A stretch of DNA of 64,000 nt from an uncultured Sulfitobacter sp. (GCA_937928635.1 CALFWM010000048.1:80221-144220); one strand, 5' to 3'; positions 9,050 through 17,915 are shown, counted from the stretch's first letter. Made by a program: numbers and translations. The notes: a model not told the origin generated them from the letters alone.

Positions 9050-10482
9050 TGATAAACCGGAGCCCAGTCGGCCCCCCAGATGCCTTTCCAATAGTCCTGC
9101 AACATTGAATTTTGGATCGGCTGTCCGCCGCGCCACAGGTCTGCCTCTGGCCGGGCATGTTGCGTGAAAAAGGCATCAATGCGCGCCGATAAATCAGTGA
9201 CAATCGCCGCCTGATCAGGGTCGTCGGCAAGGTTATGCGTTTCCTCTGGGTCGCGGGCGACATTGTAAAGTGCGTCAGGTATTTCGGGCGCGCCGGGCTG
9301 GTTGAACCGTTTGAAAAACACCCAATCCCTTGTGCGGATGACCCGGGTTTCTTCCTGTTCGGAAAATACCTCATCCGCGCCGGTGGCTGGGGCGTCTCTC
9401 GTTTTGATCCGGCTTGCAAAGGATCGGCTGGGCAATGAGGGATCAGGCGTGCCATCCACGTAGTCGATCAGTGTCGCAAAAAGGTCCATGTTGGAAATGT
9501 AGCGGTCTTGTTTGTGAACCGGAATGTGGCCGGGATGATGTAGGATCATCGGGATCGAATGTGCCGCCAGATGCAGGTTTGACGGAAAGGTTGAGGCCCC
9601 ATGCCCCCAGAACCCGTGATGCCCCAGCGACAGCCCGTGATCTGATGTAAAGATGATTAGGGCATCCGGGTGGGCCGCTTTGATCCGTCCTACGGCCTCA
9701 TCAATCAGCGAAATTTGCGAATAATAATTGCGCAAGGCAGGCAGGTGGTTGGGCGCGCGCATCAGCATCGAAAAATCGAGCCCACCGCCAGAGCCCGCAT
9801 TGACCATGTTGAAATTCGCGACTGCCTCCGGCGAGATGCCACGGCGCGGGACCGTGTTCATCGGGCAGTCATCATACATATCCGCAAATCGGTTGCGTTT
9901 GCCGTCATTGCAGGCGGGCCAATGACCATAAGGGGCCGGGAAGGGGAGGAAGGCAAAAAACGGCTCGTCCTGTGCAGCCATAAACGAAAGCGCCTTGTCG
10001 GTGAAGAAATCGACCGCATGGCCGGGTTCAACGTAGGTCTCACCGTTCTCCATGATTTGATTTTCGTAGAAGGACCGCACATGCCCGTGTTCCATGCTGA
10101 CAAAATCATCCCATCCGGCACCGGGAGTGATGGTTTCGCCCAGATGGTATTTGCCAAACAGCCCCGTGCGGTAGCCTAACTTTTTCATTTCTTCGGGCAG
10201 GGTGTTGAGGCCCGACAAGGCGTGCCAACCCTTTGGCCAATCCGCCATGTTGCGGTCGTCGATCCAGGAATGCACGCCGTGTTGTGACGGCAACATACCT
10301 GTAAGGGTAGAGGCCCGGCAGGGGGAGCAAAAGGAATTTGCGCAAAAAGCGCGCTCAAACTGAACCCCGCCTGCGGCAAGTGCGTCAATGTTTGGGCTGT
10401 GCATTTCGCCATTGCCATAACAACTCAAGGTCGCGGCCTGCTGGTTGTCTGTCATGATCAGGATGACATTGGTGTGGGACAT
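9043..10482 (-). CDS. sulfatase (formylglycine-dependent arylsulfatase family)
   Basis: 479 aa. 'VILIMTDNQ' plus the C-x-P-x-R formylglycine motif 'CSPCRASTLTG'. Its 3' end overlaps the convergent TetR gene by 7 nt. Confidence 0.9.
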   Translation of the reverse strand: MSHTNVILIMTDNQQAATLSCYGNGEMHSPNIDALAAGGVQFERAFCANSFCSPCRASTLTGMLPSQHGVHSWIDDRNMADWPKGWHALSGLNTLPEEMKKLGYRTGLFGKYHLGETITPGAGWDDFVSMEHGHVRSFYENQIMENGETYVEPGHAVDFFTDKALSFMAAQDEPFFAFLPFPAPYGHWPACNDGKRNRFADMYDDCPMNTVPRRGISPEAVANFNMVNAGSGGGLDFSMLMRAPNHLPALRNYYSQISLIDEAVGRIKAAHPDALIIFTSDHGLSLGHHGFWGHGASTFPSNLHLAAHSIPMILHHPGHIPVHKQDRYISNMDLFATLIDYVDGTPDPSLPSRSFASRIKTRDAPATGADEVFSEQEETRVIRTRDWVFFKRFNQPGAPEIPDALYNVARDPEETHNLADDPDQAAIVTDLSARIDAFFTQHARPEADLWRGGQPIQNSMLQDYWKGIWGADWAPVYHY

Positions 10483-10569
10483 CGCAGCGCTCCGCGTTCA
10501 ACAAATTGGTAGGCTCAGAAAACAAGAAACTGAATTCAAATTCTCTACTAGTGGCAATGTCAGCGCAAT

Positions 10570-10587
10570 GGCGGGGTGAACCCCGCC
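10570..10587 (-). terminator. GC-rich hairpin GGCGGGG-TGAA-CCCCGCC directly after the GntR gene stop
   Basis: Read directly; it abuts the TAA stop (10588-10590, minus strand). No clear U-tract follows, so this is only a candidate terminator. Confidence 0.35.
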
Positions 10588-11253
10588 TTACGGACTGCGG
10601 CGAATGCCATCTATATGAAGCTCAAACCCGTCTTGGATATGGGCCGTAAAGGCCTCCAGCGCGTCACCACGGTCCCCTGTGGCCAGCACGTCTACCAGCG
10701 CCATGTGATTGCCAAGGGAACTGGCAATATCAGCATTTTCAATTGCTGCAAACAGGTGAAACGCCATCGCGCGCCCCCAGATCATATCGAACATTTCCAA
10801 CAGGAACCGGTTGCCTGCCATCTCCATAAAGGCGCGGTGGATGGTGCGGTTGGCGATGAAATAATCCTGCGTCGTCGGGTTTGTCAGTTTTTCGTTGTCC
10901 TGAATAATGCCCCGCAAGGCATCAAGCTCGCTTGGGTCATTGCGCGCAGCAAGAATGCGTGCAGCTTGCCCCTCAATTGCGGCGCGGGCCTGATAGAGCT
11001 CTAGTGTCTCTTCTTCGGTGATCTTGGCCAGCCGGAACCCGCCGGAATTCGCCAGATGCAGCACACCTTCCTTTTCGAGCCGCAACAGCGCCTCGCGCAC
11101 CGGCGTGCGGCTGATGTCCAGTTCAGCCGCCAGTTTTTCCTGTACCAACCGGTCATCCGGCCCTATGTCACGCGACATAATGGCGGCGACCAATTGATCG
11201 TAAACCTCATCCGCCAACCGGCGTCGTTGAGTGGTGATGCTGCGCAGAGCCAT
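10588..11253 (-). CDS. GntR family transcriptional regulator with an FCD (FadR C-terminal) ligand-binding domain
   Basis: ORF track 10588..11373. I trimmed to the ATG at 11253 ('MALRSITTQRRRLADEVYDQL...LAAELDISRTPVREALLRLEKEG'). The discarded 40 codons lie over the operator-containing intergenic region. Confidence 0.85.
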   Translation of the reverse strand: MALRSITTQRRRLADEVYDQLVAAIMSRDIGPDDRLVQEKLAAELDISRTPVREALLRLEKEGVLHLANSGGFRLAKITEEETLELYQARAAIEGQAARILAARNDPSELDALRGIIQDNEKLTNPTTQDYFIANRTIHRAFMEMAGNRFLLEMFDMIWGRAMAFHLFAAIENADIASSLGNHMALVDVLATGDRGDALEAFTAHIQDGFELHIDGIRRSP

Positions 11254-11280
11254 GAGAGCCTCATATTCCGTATTCTGAAC

Positions 11281-11300
11281 ACTGTATACAAAAATACAGT
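11281..11300. promoter_or_regulatory. inverted repeat ACTGTAT-N6-ATACAGT (operator candidate, site A)
   Basis: Read directly. It lies in the 118-bp divergent region between the GntR gene and the GlxB-like gene and shares the CTGTATAC core with sites B-D. Confidence 0.5.
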
Positions 11301-11330
11301 AGGTGCAATGAGGCTCTTGCGTTGGACTGA

Positions 11331-11346
11331 ATACTGTATACAGTAT
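11331..11346. promoter_or_regulatory. perfect 16-bp palindrome ATACTGTATACAGTAT (operator candidate, site B)
   Basis: Read directly, 26 bp upstream of the ATG at 11372. The GT...AC-centred palindrome fits the general shape of GntR-family operators. Confidence 0.55.
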
Positions 11347-11371
11347 CCGTAAAGCAAAAGGGAGTCGCCCC

Positions 11372-12316
11372 ATGTGTGGTATCGCAGGACGTATTTTGAA
11401 CGCCCCCGGTCAGGTTGGACGGGACCTTGTTAACTTGATGGATGCGCAAGAGCACCGCGGCGCGGATAGCACCGGATTTGCGGTCTACGGTGCCCCGATG
11501 GAACAAGGCTATGTTTTGCGCGGCATGGGGTTTGACAAGGCGCAGATGGACAGTGATCTGGATGCCTTTCGCCACGTGTTGAAAGACCACGGCAGTGACC
11601 TGATGGGTGACCCACGTATCGTGACGGATGCGGCAAAACATTATTGTTTTCGCATGGAGATCAAAGACCCCAAGAACCTGCAGGCCTGGGTTGCGGATGC
11701 CGACGACCTGACCGACCGGATTGAAGTACAATCCTGCGGACGCTCATTGGAAATTATCAAGGATATCGGTGGCGCAGAGCAGGTCAGCGAAAAGCACAAG
11801 GTGCATGATATGATCGGCACCCATGGGTTGGGCCATGCGCGGCTTGCCACGGAATCAAGTGTCTTGCCCAATGCCAGCCACCCGTTTTGGGCGCGCCCCT
11901 TTTCGGATGTGGCGATTGTGCATAACGGGCAGATCACCGACTACTTTACACAGCGGAATCGGCTGGAGCGGGACGGCTATCGGTTCTTGACGGAAAACGA
12001 CTCTGAATTGATTGCTGTATGGGTGTCAGACCAGATGAAACAGGGCCTGAGCATGCAGCAGGCATTGACCAAGTCGATCAGCGCCATTGATGGTGTCTTT
12101 ACATTCATGATCGCCACGCCGGATGGCATTGGATTTGCCAAAGACCGTTTCGCGATGAAGCCCTTGGTGGTTATCGAACATCCCGGCGAACTGGCCGCCG
12201 CCACCGAAGAACAAGCGGTGCGCCGCGTCTATGTAGATGAAAGTGATGTGATCAATCACGATGGTCCCAGCCTGACGGGCATCTGGGGCGTCGGCAACCG
12301 GAGCATGGCAGCATGA
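11372..12316 (+). CDS. class II (Ntn) glutamine amidotransferase-like subunit, GlxB/MgsA-like (GltB N-terminal domain homologue)
   Basis: 314 aa starting 'MCGIAGR' (N-terminal Cys nucleophile). RBS GGGAG upstream. Confidence 0.85.
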   Translation: MCGIAGRILNAPGQVGRDLVNLMDAQEHRGADSTGFAVYGAPMEQGYVLRGMGFDKAQMDSDLDAFRHVLKDHGSDLMGDPRIVTDAAKHYCFRMEIKDPKNLQAWVADADDLTDRIEVQSCGRSLEIIKDIGGAEQVSEKHKVHDMIGTHGLGHARLATESSVLPNASHPFWARPFSDVAIVHNGQITDYFTQRNRLERDGYRFLTENDSELIAVWVSDQMKQGLSMQQALTKSISAIDGVFTFMIATPDGIGFAKDRFAMKPLVVIEHPGELAAATEEQAVRRVYVDESDVINHDGPSLTGIWGVGNRSMAA

Positions 12317-13005
12317 GCGAGATTGTCATCGACGTTGGCAAACGCCACATCCGCGAGATCAACGAAGAACTGCAAGAGGCCTGCAAGAGTGGCAAGCCGA
12401 TCCGGGTGGTCAATACGCTCAGCCGTCATAACCTTGGGGTCGGTTTGCCCGATGGGGCCGATATCACCTTTGAAGGATCGGTTGGGTACTTTTGTGGCGG
12501 TCTCAATACGGGATCAAAACTCCGCATTGAGCGCAACTCCGGCTGGGCCACGGGCGAGGGCATGGCCAAGGGCCATATCCAGGTCGATGGCCGGGCAGGC
12601 ATGTCCTGCGGTGCGGCAATGATTGGCGGCACGATCCACGTCAAAGGCGACGCAGGGCCGCGGTGTGGTGTGGCCATGAAGGGCGGCAACATCGTGGTTG
12701 AAGGCAAGATTGGCTATCAGTCTGGGTTCATGGCGCATTCCGGCAAAATTATCGCGCTGGGTGGTGCCGGCGAAAGCTGTGCAGATGCCTTGTGGGAAGG
12801 CGAAGTCTGGGTTGCTGGGCCGGTCGAAAGTCTGGGCGTGGATGTAGACGTGGTGGAACCCACCGCCGAAGAGGTGGCTGAGGTGGACGCCATTCTGGAG
12901 CCACTTGGGCTGGTGGATAGCGCGCGGGACTGGCGCAAAATGGTGTCGGGTCAGCGGCTTTGGTATTTTGAAGCGCGCGATGCCAGTGCCTGGCTGATGA
13001 TTTGA
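12313..13005 (+). CDS. GXGXG-motif subunit, GlxC/MgsB-like (GltB C-terminal domain homologue, PF01493-type)
   Basis: 230 aa with repeated 'G.aG...G..m.gG.i.v.G' units ('VDGRAGMSCGAAMIGGTIHVKGDAGPRCGVAMKGGNIVVEG'). ATGA overlap with the upstream gene. Confidence 0.85.
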   Translation: MSEIVIDVGKRHIREINEELQEACKSGKPIRVVNTLSRHNLGVGLPDGADITFEGSVGYFCGGLNTGSKLRIERNSGWATGEGMAKGHIQVDGRAGMSCGAAMIGGTIHVKGDAGPRCGVAMKGGNIVVEGKIGYQSGFMAHSGKIIALGGAGESCADALWEGEVWVAGPVESLGVDVDVVEPTAEEVAEVDAILEPLGLVDSARDWRKMVSGQRLWYFEARDASAWLMI

Positions 13006-13057
13006 ATGGGGCGGTCCGCATGAATGCGCACCCTACGGCAGACGGGGAATCCAAAAC

Positions 13058-14482
13058 ATGAGTGACGATACGAAAAAGCCATATGAATACCCATTCGAAA
13101 TGGCCTCCGAAGATGAAATCCGGTTTCGCGATGCGGGTGCTATTGAGGGCCGCCCTGCCGGTGTGCCTTCCTCTTATGATGAGGGTGGGTCCACCCGCTG
13201 GACCCCTGAAGCCATTTCAGAGGTACACGCGCTGGCACAACTCGGTCGGTATCAGGTGCGCGGGTACAACACGTTTAACAAACAAATGCCGACCTTTGAC
13301 GACCTGACGTTTGTGCCCGCCACCATGACGCGTCTGCCGCTCGAAGGATACCGCGAGAAATGTGAAACTAAAACCATTCTGGGTGGTGGCCGTGGGCTGG
13401 TGGAAAAACCGCTGGAACTGGAAATCCCGATCTACATTGCTTCGATGTCCTTTGGTGCATTGTCTGCATCGGCCAAGGCATCACTTGGTCACGGGGCATC
13501 CAAGGTTGGGACAATGACCTGCACGGGTGAGGGTGGCATGCTGGAGGAAGAACGTGCCGCGTCTTCTCGCTTGCTTTATCAGATGTCGCCCGCGCGCTAC
13601 GGTGTGGATCTTGACCACCTGCGCCGCGCCGATGCGTTGGAAATCGTTGTTGGCCAAGGGGCAAAACCCGGCACGGGCGGGTTGCTGCTGGGGATGAAAG
13701 TTTCCCCGCGGGTGTCCAAAATGCGCACACTGCCTGAGGGGGTTGATCAACGCTCCACCATTCGCCACCCGGACTTTCTGGGCGCTGATGATCTGGCCGT
13801 CAAAATTGAAGAGCTTCGCATCGCGACGAACTATCAGGTGCCTATTTTCATCAAGATGGGCGCAACGCGACCGCGCTTTGACGTGGCCGTGGCAGCCAAG
13901 GCGGGCGCGGATGTTGTTGTGGTGGACGGGGCTGAGGGCGGCACAGGTGCCTCGCCTGAGTTGCTGTTGAACCACACAGGTATTCCGACGATGTCCGCCA
14001 TCCGCGCGGCGCGCGAGGCGCTGGATGAGTGCGGCATGACCGGCAAGGTGTCACTGGTCGCGGCAGGGGGTATCCGCTCTGGTGTGGATGCTGCCAAATG
14101 CATTGCGCTGGGCGCAGATGCGGTGATGATCGGCAATGCGGCGATGGTCGCCATTGGCTGTAACTCGCCCCGCTATGAGGAAGACTACACCGCGCTCGGC
14201 ACCTCCCCCGGCGCATGCCATCACTGCCACACGGGCCGCTGCCCTGTCGGGGTCGCAACACAAGACCCGGAGCTGGAAAAACGTATGGACCCCACAGCTG
14301 GCGCAGAGCGGATCGCGCGCTACCTGACCGCCATGACCATGGAAATCACGGCGCTGGCCAAAGCCTGCGGCAAGTCCTCCGTGCACAACCTTGAGGTTGA
14401 GGATTTGCGCGCGCTGTCCTTGCAGGCGTCGGCGTTTACCGGTGTAAAAATGGCGGGCATTGACCGGGCGTATGACTGGTGA
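13058..14482 (+). CDS. FMN-binding glutamate-synthase-domain subunit, GlxD/MgsC-like (PF01645-type)
   Basis: 474 aa. 'IASMSFGALS', 'VVGQGAKPGTGG', 'VVVDGAEGGTGASP' and 'LVAAGGIRSG' are classic GltB FMN-domain motifs. Confidence 0.85.
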   Translation: MSDDTKKPYEYPFEMASEDEIRFRDAGAIEGRPAGVPSSYDEGGSTRWTPEAISEVHALAQLGRYQVRGYNTFNKQMPTFDDLTFVPATMTRLPLEGYREKCETKTILGGGRGLVEKPLELEIPIYIASMSFGALSASAKASLGHGASKVGTMTCTGEGGMLEEERAASSRLLYQMSPARYGVDLDHLRRADALEIVVGQGAKPGTGGLLLGMKVSPRVSKMRTLPEGVDQRSTIRHPDFLGADDLAVKIEELRIATNYQVPIFIKMGATRPRFDVAVAAKAGADVVVVDGAEGGTGASPELLLNHTGIPTMSAIRAAREALDECGMTGKVSLVAAGGIRSGVDAAKCIALGADAVMIGNAAMVAIGCNSPRYEEDYTALGTSPGACHHCHTGRCPVGVATQDPELEKRMDPTAGAERIARYLTAMTMEITALAKACGKSSVHNLEVEDLRALSLQASAFTGVKMAGIDRAYDW

Positions 14483-15174
14483 AAATCGCGGTTCTGGATC
14501 TGTGTATCTGGCTGCCTGAATATCAGGACGGCCAGCCGAAGTTTGGCGATCTGCTTGCCACATGGGCCGCGCGGGGGCTGCCGGATGCGGCGTTTAGCGT
14601 TGTGGACGTGGTGGAGGGTGAAGCCCTGCCAGCGGTCGATGCCTTTGATGGCTTCATCTTATCAGGATCAGATAAGGGTGTTTATGATGACACGCCGTGG
14701 ATGGGCCCGCTGCGCGATTGGCTGATCAGCGCAAAGGAGGCCGGCAAACCACTCTTTGGGGTCTGTTTTGGGCATCAGCTGATGGCGGATGTTTTTGGTG
14801 GCAAGGCAGAGAAAGTCAGCGCGCCTGAGGTTGGTGTGCGCCGGTTTCAGATCGACGGGCAGGATGTGTCTGGTTATGTCTGGCATCAGGATCAGGTGAC
14901 AAAAGTGCCGCCCGGTGCGTCGGTGATTGGGTCGGCGGATTACTGTCCTGTCGCGGCCCTGTCTTACGATTTTCCAGCGATGTCGGTGCAGTTTCACCCT
15001 GAGTATCCGCCGGAATATGTGTCCGACTTTCTTCGCCGCAGTGGGTCTGAGGTATTGCCGCCGGATTTGACCGGCCCCGCGATCAAACAGTTCGAAGACA
15101 GTGATGTTGAAGCGGATTTGTTTGCCGCTCAGATGGCCGCCTTTTTCAACGAGAGCGTGAACGCAAGCCCTTAA
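14479..15174 (+). CDS. class I glutamine amidotransferase-like protein (candidate gamma-glutamyl-amide hydrolase)
   Basis: 231 aa. The GTG start overlaps the upstream TGA. Nucleophile elbow 'GVCFGHQ' and 'QFHPE' (Cys-His-Glu triad pattern). Confidence 0.8.
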   Translation: MKIAVLDLCIWLPEYQDGQPKFGDLLATWAARGLPDAAFSVVDVVEGEALPAVDAFDGFILSGSDKGVYDDTPWMGPLRDWLISAKEAGKPLFGVCFGHQLMADVFGGKAEKVSAPEVGVRRFQIDGQDVSGYVWHQDQVTKVPPGASVIGSADYCPVAALSYDFPAMSVQFHPEYPPEYVSDFLRRSGSEVLPPDLTGPAIKQFEDSDVEADLFAAQMAAFFNESVNASP

Positions 15175-15322
15175 AGCGTCCGACCGTTACCCTGAAACGT
15201 ACTGTATTGCCGATGTCCCGAGCGCGCGAAGCCTGGCAGGGTATCGGCGATCCAAGTTTAGGGGCGGGCGCAGTTTGTTTAACGGATGGAGCGGCTGCGC
15301 CGCACGCGATTGGTTTTGGAAT

Positions 15323-15339
15323 GAGGGGCGCTGCCCCTC
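15323..15339. terminator. hairpin GAGGGGC-GCT-GCCCCTC between convergent genes
   Basis: Read directly; a 7-bp perfect GC-rich stem in the 15175-15382 convergent gap. There are no strong U-tracts. Confidence 0.3.
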
Positions 15340-15354
15340 AAACTCCCCGGGAAT

Positions 15355-15371
15355 GTTAAGGCCAGAAAGAG
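15355..15371. repeat. 17-nt motif GTTAAGGCCAGAAAGAG, copy 1 (copy 2 at 43121-43137)
   Basis: Exact 17-nt identity read directly. Both copies are in the same orientation, 11-13 nt beyond the stop codon of a minus-strand flavoenzyme gene. Confidence 0.3.
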
Positions 15372-15382
15372 TGGGGGGCCGG

Positions 15383-16525
15383 CTATCGGCCAGAAGGGCT
15401 CTCTTTGGGCGACAGCTTTTTTCGTCCAGCGATCTTGAACCGGTCGGCTGTGCCGTATTCGCCGAGCGCGACGCCAGCGGTGAAGTCGCCAAAAACAGGG
15501 CCGTGTTTGAACAGGTGACCAGAGCAGCCGCCTGCGAGCAGGACGTTTTCATGCTCCGGGTGCCAATCCACGATGAAATGAGTGTCAGGCGTCAGGATGA
15601 CCTGATTGAACTTGCTGTCCACCACCCGTTGTCCTTCCAGCCCTGGCAGCCGGTGGCGGATATATTGGCGGGTCTTAGTCAGCGATGCCTTTTCGATAAG
15701 ACGTTCATCATTGTTGATATCAATCGGTGTGTTGGGGATCACCACGGCGGCTTTGACCCCTGACCCCTCGGACGAGGGAATTCCAAAGCTGCCTTGCCCA
15801 TGGTCAATCCAGCAGGGCATATTTTCCATATCGAACGCATCTGAACCATCCGGGGTAGAGGTATAGAGCACATTGATGCCCATGATCGCAGAGATAGGTT
15901 TAATGGTGCGCGGAAACAGTTCAGCCATCCAGGCACCGGGCGCCATGACGATAACGTCGGCCATGATTGGCCGCCCTTCCAGCATGGGACGTTCCCGTGC
16001 ATCGGTCGTGACGGTGCCGCGTTTAACCACACCGCCTGCGCGTTTGAACAGATCAAGGGCAGTGATCACGCAGCGATGGGCCATCAGTAACCCGGCTTCT
16101 GGCTCAAACAGCGCATAGCTGATCTCGTCCACTTTGAACTGGGGAAAGCGGTCGTGCACCTCATCCGGGGTGAATTTGTAATAGGGCACGCCGACCTTGT
16201 CGAAAGTCTCAGATGTCGCGTCCTCCCAATGGCAATGCCCTTGGGTGGCAAGGATCAGTGCGCCGCATTCATACATCAGATTCTGGCCGCTCTCGGCCTG
16301 TAGCTCCAGCCACATGTCACGGGATTGACGGACCCAGCGTGTGTAAAATTCATCCCGGCCCGAAATTGCCCGGATCACCCGATTGTAGTCAGAGGAGGCC
16401 GCCCGTGCATGGCCCGGTTCCCAACGGTCAATCAGGGTGACCTGTTCGCCGCGCCGCTGCATGTGCAGGGCTGTCATAACCCCGGCAATACCGCCGCCCA
16501 CAACCACACATGTATTTCGTGCCAT
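15383..16525 (-). CDS. DAO-family FAD-dependent oxidoreductase (sarcosine-oxidase-beta / N-alkyl-amino-acid oxidase-like)
   Basis: ORF track 15383..16657. I trimmed to the ATG at 16525 ('MARNTCVVVGGGIAGVMTA', FAD GxGxxG at the N-terminus). RBS AAGGA upstream. Confidence 0.85.
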   Translation of the reverse strand: MARNTCVVVGGGIAGVMTALHMQRRGEQVTLIDRWEPGHARAASSDYNRVIRAISGRDEFYTRWVRQSRDMWLELQAESGQNLMYECGALILATQGHCHWEDATSETFDKVGVPYYKFTPDEVHDRFPQFKVDEISYALFEPEAGLLMAHRCVITALDLFKRAGGVVKRGTVTTDARERPMLEGRPIMADVIVMAPGAWMAELFPRTIKPISAIMGINVLYTSTPDGSDAFDMENMPCWIDHGQGSFGIPSSEGSGVKAAVVIPNTPIDINNDERLIEKASLTKTRQYIRHRLPGLEGQRVVDSKFNQVILTPDTHFIVDWHPEHENVLLAGGCSGHLFKHGPVFGDFTAGVALGEYGTADRFKIAGRKKLSPKESPSGR

Positions 16526-16562
16526 GACGATAATTTTCCTTGCCGAGTCACTGCATTCATGG

Positions 16563-16578
16563 ATACTGTATACAGAAT
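16563..16578. promoter_or_regulatory. ATACTGTATACAGAAT (15/16 match to the palindrome; operator candidate, site C)
   Basis: Read directly. It is centred in the 96-bp divergent region between the FAD oxidoreductase (start 16525) and the GS-like gene (start 16622). Confidence 0.5.
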
Positions 16579-16621
16579 ACACGCAAAGACAATCAGATTC
16601 TCTGACAGGGAGAGGGACGAG

Positions 16622-17914
16622 ATGAGCCAAGATTTCAGCCTGCCGGAAGGCACCCATACCGTCATTCTGGGGTTAGGTGACTTAAACGGCATTATGCGTG
16701 GCAAACGGATACCGGCCTCGCATTGGGAAACGATTTGCAAAGAGGGCAATGCCCTCTCTGCCGCGATGATGGCCATCGACAGCAATTGCGACGTCTGGGA
16801 CACGCCTTATGTCAACTTCGACAACGGGTATCCGGACATGCATATGTTTCCCATGACCAAGCCTGTGGCTGTGCCATGGGAAGAAGGTGTCGCGGTCTGT
16901 TTTGCGCGCGGTGAAGGGATGGATCACAAACCTGTCCCGATTGATCCACGCAATGCGCTGGTGCGCCAGGTGGAACGGGCCCGGGAAATGGGCTTTGACG
17001 TCTCCACCGGGGCCGAATTGGAGTTTTACCTGCTCGACCCGGAAACCGGTCAGCCGCGTGATCAGGGCATTCAGGTCTATGGCCTTGGTCGTGCCGCGCG
17101 GATGGAGCATATCGTTGGGCCAATCCGCCGTCAGATCAATGAATGCGGCATCCCGATTGAGCAATCCAACCCAGAATATGCGCCCGGTCAGGTTGAGGTA
17201 AACATCCGCTACGATGAAGCGTTGCTAAGTGCGGACCGTGTTGTGCTGTTTAAATCACTGGTGCGCCAGTTGGGCATTGCGCATGGTTATCTTGCAACCT
17301 TCATGCCCAAACCGTTCTTTGAACAATCCGGTAATGGTTTCCACGTGCACTATTCGTTGTGGAAAGATGGCAAAAATGCCTTTGCTGATGGTGGTAAACT
17401 CAACGAATTGGGCAAGAACTTTACCGCCGGTCTGCAGAAACGCATGGGAGAGGCGGCGATCTGTGGGTCACCCACACCCAACGGGTTCCGCCGTCGCCAG
17501 GCTTATACCTTCTGCCCTATCAATACGTCCTGGGGTTATGACAACCGCACCGTTGGGCTGCGGATTATCGAAGGGTCGGACACCGCTGTGCGTGTCGAAA
17601 AACGGGATGCAGGAGCGGATGCAAATCCCTACCTGCTCTTGGCCACCGATCTGGCCGCAGGGCTAGATGGCATTGAACAGGGCATGCAGCCGACGGAGCC
17701 AACCCTGGGCAATGCTTATGAAGATTTTAATGGCGATCCTATCCCCACCACGGCACCGGATGCCATTGCGCAGGCACGCGGGTCTGACTGGTTGAAGGAC
17801 GTCATGGGTGAAACCCTTTGGGAACTTTACCTGCAAATGGCCGAGCGCGAAGTTGGCTTTGTTGAAGAGCAGGTCACGCCCGTCGAAACCGCCCGCTATT
17901 TGAGGACCCTGTAG
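16622..17914 (+). CDS. glutamine synthetase-family protein (GmaS/GlnT-like); candidate gamma-glutamyl-amine synthetase
   Basis: ORF track 16325..17914. I trimmed to the ATG at 16622 (RBS GGGAGAGGGA at 16608-16617). GS catalytic-domain pattern: 'ELEFYL', 'EYAPGQVEVNIRY', 'ATFMPKP...SGNGFHVHYSLW', 'RVEKRDAGADANPYL'. Confidence 0.85.
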   Translation: MSQDFSLPEGTHTVILGLGDLNGIMRGKRIPASHWETICKEGNALSAAMMAIDSNCDVWDTPYVNFDNGYPDMHMFPMTKPVAVPWEEGVAVCFARGEGMDHKPVPIDPRNALVRQVERAREMGFDVSTGAELEFYLLDPETGQPRDQGIQVYGLGRAARMEHIVGPIRRQINECGIPIEQSNPEYAPGQVEVNIRYDEALLSADRVVLFKSLVRQLGIAHGYLATFMPKPFFEQSGNGFHVHYSLWKDGKNAFADGGKLNELGKNFTAGLQKRMGEAAICGSPTPNGFRRRQAYTFCPINTSWGYDNRTVGLRIIEGSDTAVRVEKRDAGADANPYLLLATDLAAGLDGIEQGMQPTEPTLGNAYEDFNGDPIPTTAPDAIAQARGSDWLKDVMGETLWELYLQMAEREVGFVEEQVTPVETARYLRTL

Positions 17915-17915
17915 A

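Noticed and set aside
11281-11346. The CTGTATAC...CAG motifs could be LexA SOS boxes, since they resemble the E. coli CTGT-N8-ACAG box.
   Set aside because: The spacing does not fit: site B is CTG-N4-CAG and site A is CTG-N12-CAG, against CTG-N10-CAG. Alphaproteobacterial LexA recognises a GTTC-N7-GTTC type direct repeat. None of the flanking genes is a DNA-damage gene. An adjacent GntR regulator is the more economical explanation.
15322-15385. A possible stop-codon read-through tail after the FAD oxidoreductase: the in-frame sequence 'PAPHSFWP*' follows its TAG and includes the 17-nt repeat.
   Set aside because: The second copy of the repeat (43121-43137) falls in a different frame relative to its gene's stop, so no conserved peptide is encoded. 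I treated it as a nucleotide-level repeat of uncertain significance.
16325-16621. Long N-terminal extensions are offered by the ORF track: GS-like from 16325, FAD oxidoreductase to 16657, GntR to 11373, kpsM to 50126, DMGDH-like to 4453, and the GT from 54085.
   Set aside because: The extensions run across divergent promoter/operator regions or neighbouring genes, and they lack homology-like sequence. Internal starts place conserved N-terminal motifs (GxGxxG, HTH, signal peptides) correctly and have Shine-Dalgarno sequences.
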